Shown: positions 33,276 to 35,725 of the stretch, in pieces
How the letters are laid out: every line of letters begins with the position of its first letter
Position numbering within the stretch: position 1 is the first letter of the stretch
IMG/VR virus record: IMGVR_UViG_3300044537_000214
DNA from: a virus
DNA: 35,725 nt
Reading direction: 5' to 3' (one strand)
Notes under the pieces: model-generated
Database searches by the model: none
What the model was told of the DNA's origin: nothing
Seen by the model: the letters and a program-made list of their open reading frames with translations, nothing else
Translations under genes and position numbers: made by a program

Positions 33276-33521
33276 ATGGTTAATTATAAGTGTTTAGGAA
33301 AAGTTGGACCTTGTTTGTTTACTGTTGAAAGCATAGGTAAAGATGGTGAAGCATATTATCTTAACGTCAATGTAAAGCGACGAGCTTACTCCAGAATCAA
33401 ACGCACTCGTAAACGTCAAATAAAAAAAGCCAAGCACATGTTGGCTTGGCACGATCATACGAGTTATGAGTGGTCACAGTATTGGCATAAGAAAGCGAGA
33501 AAGCCGAAGAGGTGGAAGTGA
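33276..33521 (+). CDS. Hypothetical protein with a highly basic C-terminus
   Basis: 81-aa ORF containing RIKRTRKRQIKKAKH...KKARKPKRWK. Confidence 0.55.
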   Translation: MVNYKCLGKVGPCLFTVESIGKDGEAYYLNVNVKRRAYSRIKRTRKRQIKKAKHMLAWHDHTSYEWSQYWHKKARKPKRWK

Positions 33522-33665
33522 ATGAATAAAAAACTTATAGGCTGGTCGTGGTTCCTTGCTTTTGTTTTAATGCAATTTCATCCAGAATGGTTTGTCCACC
33601 AAACCACTAATTTTTGGCTATCGGCTATAGCTATGTTGATTGCGTTAGGCTACACAGCAGATTAG
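33522..33665 (+). CDS. Small two-TM protein (47 aa), not in the ORF track
   Basis: GAGGTGG (33509..33515) precedes the ATG at 33522. It translates as MNKKLIGWSWFLAFVLMQFHPEWFVHQTTNFWLSAIAMLIALGYTAD. Confidence 0.5.
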   Translation: MNKKLIGWSWFLAFVLMQFHPEWFVHQTTNFWLSAIAMLIALGYTAD

Positions 33666-33678
33666 AGGAGGAAGAATA

Positions 33679-33930
33679 ATGCTACACAAATACAGAAAGA
33701 CAGTTCCAATTAAGGCTGAACAGTTCGATGGGTCAATTAAGCAGATAACTAGGTACAAGGTACATATTGTTGGACCAACATCATGGGGTGACGCTTCTTA
33801 TTTCTTACTTCCAACAAAAGAAGGGAATATGAAGCTTAATGCTGGCGACTACATCGCTACTGGCGTTGATGGTGAACACTGGGCTATCGACCAAGATATT
33901 TTTGAACAGACTTATGAGAGGTGCGACTAA
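33679..33930 (+). CDS. Hypothetical protein
   Basis: 83-aa ORF following AGAGGAGG. Confidence 0.6.
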   Translation: MLHKYRKTVPIKAEQFDGSIKQITRYKVHIVGPTSWGDASYFLLPTKEGNMKLNAGDYIATGVDGEHWAIDQDIFEQTYERCD

Positions 33931-34139
33931 TGCACATTTATGAAGTAATCGTTGTAGCTGTATTTGGCACAGATATTAGCCACTTTGTTGTTGCTAAGAA
34001 TGCCGATAATGCTAAGAAAATTATTCTTGATTATTACAGCACTCGTGATGATGGTATCAGGCCAACTGTGACAATGTATGACCTAACAACAAAATTAATC
34101 AATCTTAATAACTACATTGATGAGGTGATGCTTGGATGA
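33930..34139 (+). CDS. Hypothetical protein
   Basis: ATG at 33930 (MHIYEV...) follows GAGGTG. The track start at 33921 is a GTG. Confidence 0.55.
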   Translation: MHIYEVIVVAVFGTDISHFVVAKNADNAKKIILDYYSTRDDGIRPTVTMYDLTTKLINLNNYIDEVMLG

Positions 34140-34285
34140 GATTAAGTGACAAAATTATTATGACTTCCTTTTTACTGTTATTAATTGTTTCAGTCGTCTT
34201 ATCAATAGTTACGGGAAGTAAAGTCTGGATATGGATTTTTCTTTTTCTGATGACACTTGAGATGCTTTACAAAATTTGGCGTTAG
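34136..34285 (+). CDS. Small two-TM protein (49 aa), not in the ORF track
   Basis: The ATG at 34136 overlaps the upstream stop (ATGA). It translates as MRLSDKIIMTSFLLLLIVSVVLSIVTGSKVWIWIFLFLMTLEMLYKIWR. Confidence 0.5.
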   Translation: MRLSDKIIMTSFLLLLIVSVVLSIVTGSKVWIWIFLFLMTLEMLYKIWR

Positions 34286-34296
34286 GAGCGTGACTA

Positions 34297-34686
34297 ATGA
34301 AAGTGACCTGGGGTGAATGGAGTGCAGATGCTTATCCGGTTGAGCCATTTGTTTATGAAGTGGTAGCCGATGGTAAAAAAGAATTTTATCAAGCGGCATG
34401 GGATGCTTTTAGATCTGATTTGCATATGAAAAATGCAACAGCAAAGATTATTAAAATACCGGTTACTCCAATGAGTGATTATGAGATTGAGACGGAGCAA
34501 CTTTATTTTGAATTAGGAGAGAAGAGGGACTATCCAGATGTAAAAGAATTTAAGAACGATAAACCAAAAGTAACTAAGCCAAAGTTCAAAATTACATTTA
34601 GCAAAATAATGGATATCTTAACAATAGCTTGGGTAATTTGTATGGCTATATTATTAATTACATTATTTTTTAGTGGGAGGAATTAA
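34297..34686 (+). CDS. Hypothetical protein with a C-terminal TM anchor
   Basis: 129 aa following AGGAG. The C-terminus is IMDILTIAWVICMAILLITLFF. Confidence 0.6.
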   Translation: MKVTWGEWSADAYPVEPFVYEVVADGKKEFYQAAWDAFRSDLHMKNATAKIIKIPVTPMSDYEIETEQLYFELGEKRDYPDVKEFKNDKPKVTKPKFKITFSKIMDILTIAWVICMAILLITLFFSGRN

Positions 34687-34687
34687 G

Positions 34688-34864
34688 ATGACATTTGAAG
34701 AAGCATTAAAACACGAAGAAAATAATGTGCCAGTAACTTATAACAATCAGAAATATTATGTTATTGGGCATAATGCATTAAATCAAACTTTAACGATTAG
34801 GAAATTGAGTGGTAATCCATTCTTTACTGTTCCCGTTGAAGCTAAACCGGAGGAACTATCATGA
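34688..34864 (+). CDS. Hypothetical small protein
   Basis: ATG at 34688 follows GGGAGG and begins MTFEEALKHEENN... Confidence 0.55.
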   Translation: MTFEEALKHEENNVPVTYNNQKYYVIGHNALNQTLTIRKLSGNPFFTVPVEAKPEELS

Positions 34865-35073
34865 GTATTAAAATTAATGCCCAAACAGTAATTTTTAAGA
34901 ATAGCCCTGTTGAAAGCGTTAGACAGGATAAATGTGAATATTGCCATGCACCATTTAAGACAATCATGGTGACTAAAACAATTAAAAACACAGGTGTTAA
35001 AAGTGAAATTCCTATTGAAGTTAGCGGGGAATACTTTAATTACTGTCCTAAATGTCGACGGAGGTTAAATTAA
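34861..35073 (+). CDS. Small zinc-ribbon protein
   Basis: Two CxxC pairs are present: CEYC at the N-terminal side and CPKC at the C-terminus. Confidence 0.6.
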   Translation: MSIKINAQTVIFKNSPVESVRQDKCEYCHAPFKTIMVTKTIKNTGVKSEIPIEVSGEYFNYCPKCRRRLN

Positions 35074-35222
35074 TGTTATTTTTAATATTATTACTTGCTG
35101 TTTTCGTGTTTGGGTTCCTTCTTGGTAAGAAAAATCCATAATAAAAAGGACCCACCGTGCTTGATGTGTCCTTACTCAAAAATATTAACCTTAATTATTA
35201 TAGCAGATAGCGGGGGTACATC

Positions 35223-35681
35223 ATGCAAACTGATTTGAACTTAGATATAGATTGTTTGAAAACTGCACGGAAGGTTACTGAGTTTCTGGAAAAGAAGCTG
35301 GATCGCTATCTAGCTTTATCCGGGAAACAACGATTTGATTTAAAGTCACCTGGAATGGACGGAATGCCCAAAGTACCTAGTCATGGTAATGCAAGTGAGA
35401 GCCGAATGCTGAATATTTGGTTGGCAGAAGAAGTGGTTGATTGTGTGGGGTGTGCAATGCGTAACATGACAAAGGAATCGCAACGGATATTGTTAAGTCG
35501 TTACTCAGATCAGATGTTGACGTACAACATTGCTAGGGAATTAAGTATTAGTTCATCAACATACAGCCGAAAACAAGAGAAAGCATTGTGTGAATTTGCT
35601 GATCGTTTTGAATTCCAATTAGTTAAACATGGAATTCATACCGAAATAGATGACTTACATGTTTATCCAGATGAGGAATGA
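35223..35681 (+). CDS. ArpU-family late transcriptional regulator
   Basis: 152 aa. LKSPGMDGMPK...S...E and the C-terminal HTH (ILLSRYSDQMLTYNIARELSISSSTYSRKQEKAL) are typical of ArpU/phage autolysin regulator proteins. The gene lies just upstream of the packaging genes in the circular map. Confidence 0.8.
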   Translation: MQTDLNLDIDCLKTARKVTEFLEKKLDRYLALSGKQRFDLKSPGMDGMPKVPSHGNASESRMLNIWLAEEVVDCVGCAMRNMTKESQRILLSRYSDQMLTYNIARELSISSSTYSRKQEKALCEFADRFEFQLVKHGIHTEIDDLHVYPDEE

Positions 35682-35725
35682 TAAATTGATGGGCAATTGT
35701 TGAATGAGCAATCCTTGATAAAAAT
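35599..35725. repeat. Terminal direct repeat copy B; identical to 1..127
   Basis: Same 127-nt string as the window start. Confidence 0.95.

Noticed and set aside
34688-34864. The N-terminus MTFEEALKH... resembles the start of DUF2829 (Tad2-type anti-Thoeris) proteins
   Set aside because: The similarity covers only about 9 residues. The protein has 58 aa and lacks the downstream GW-containing core that I associate with that family. This is not enough for a call without a profile search.

Overview
The window is a complete, circularly closed genome of about 35.6 kb from a temperate siphovirus-type phage or excised prophage. Bases 1..127 are identical to 35599..35725, so the unique length is 35598 bp. 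The sequence is AT-rich. Its gene families (ArpU late regulator, DUF771-like, Sipho_Gp157, GH25+SH3b lysin, SPP1-like head genes) are typical of Lactobacillaceae phages; the host assignment is inference only.

Module order on the + strand:
- an AT-rich membrane/coiled-coil moron
- TerS and TerL
- SPP1-type portal
- MuF/gp7 head protein fused to an HExxH domain
- scaffold and major capsid
- head-tail connectors
- major tail protein
- G/GT frameshifted chaperones
- tape measure, Dit, and a 1791-aa Tal/receptor-binding protein
- holin and endolysin
- attP region

The lysogeny module is on the - strand: tyrosine integrase, a membrane DUF4352-like protein, a small ORF, an ImmA-like protein and a CI-like repressor.

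A divergent switch then leads back to the + strand:
- Cro-like gene
- replication module (Gp157, SF2 helicase, AAA_24, DUF669, PrimPol, VirE-like NTPase)
- an iteron/AT-rich putative origin
- small early genes, including a VRR-NUC nuclease
- the ArpU-family late regulator

No rRNA, tRNA, CRISPR array or transposase was recognised.

Most notable observations:
- a MuF-HExxH polyvalent or polymorphic-toxin-like head protein, followed by a small ORF and a terminator
- a start-less HeH-motif reading frame that looks like a -1 frameshift extension of the capsid gene
- a frame break at the Walker A box of TerL
- a canonical A_AAA_AAC G/GT slippery site
- an RBS-sequestering hairpin in front of an AT-rich moron
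- a four-operator genetic switch
- an attP region that carries a gene 3' end mimic
- an iteron-type origin
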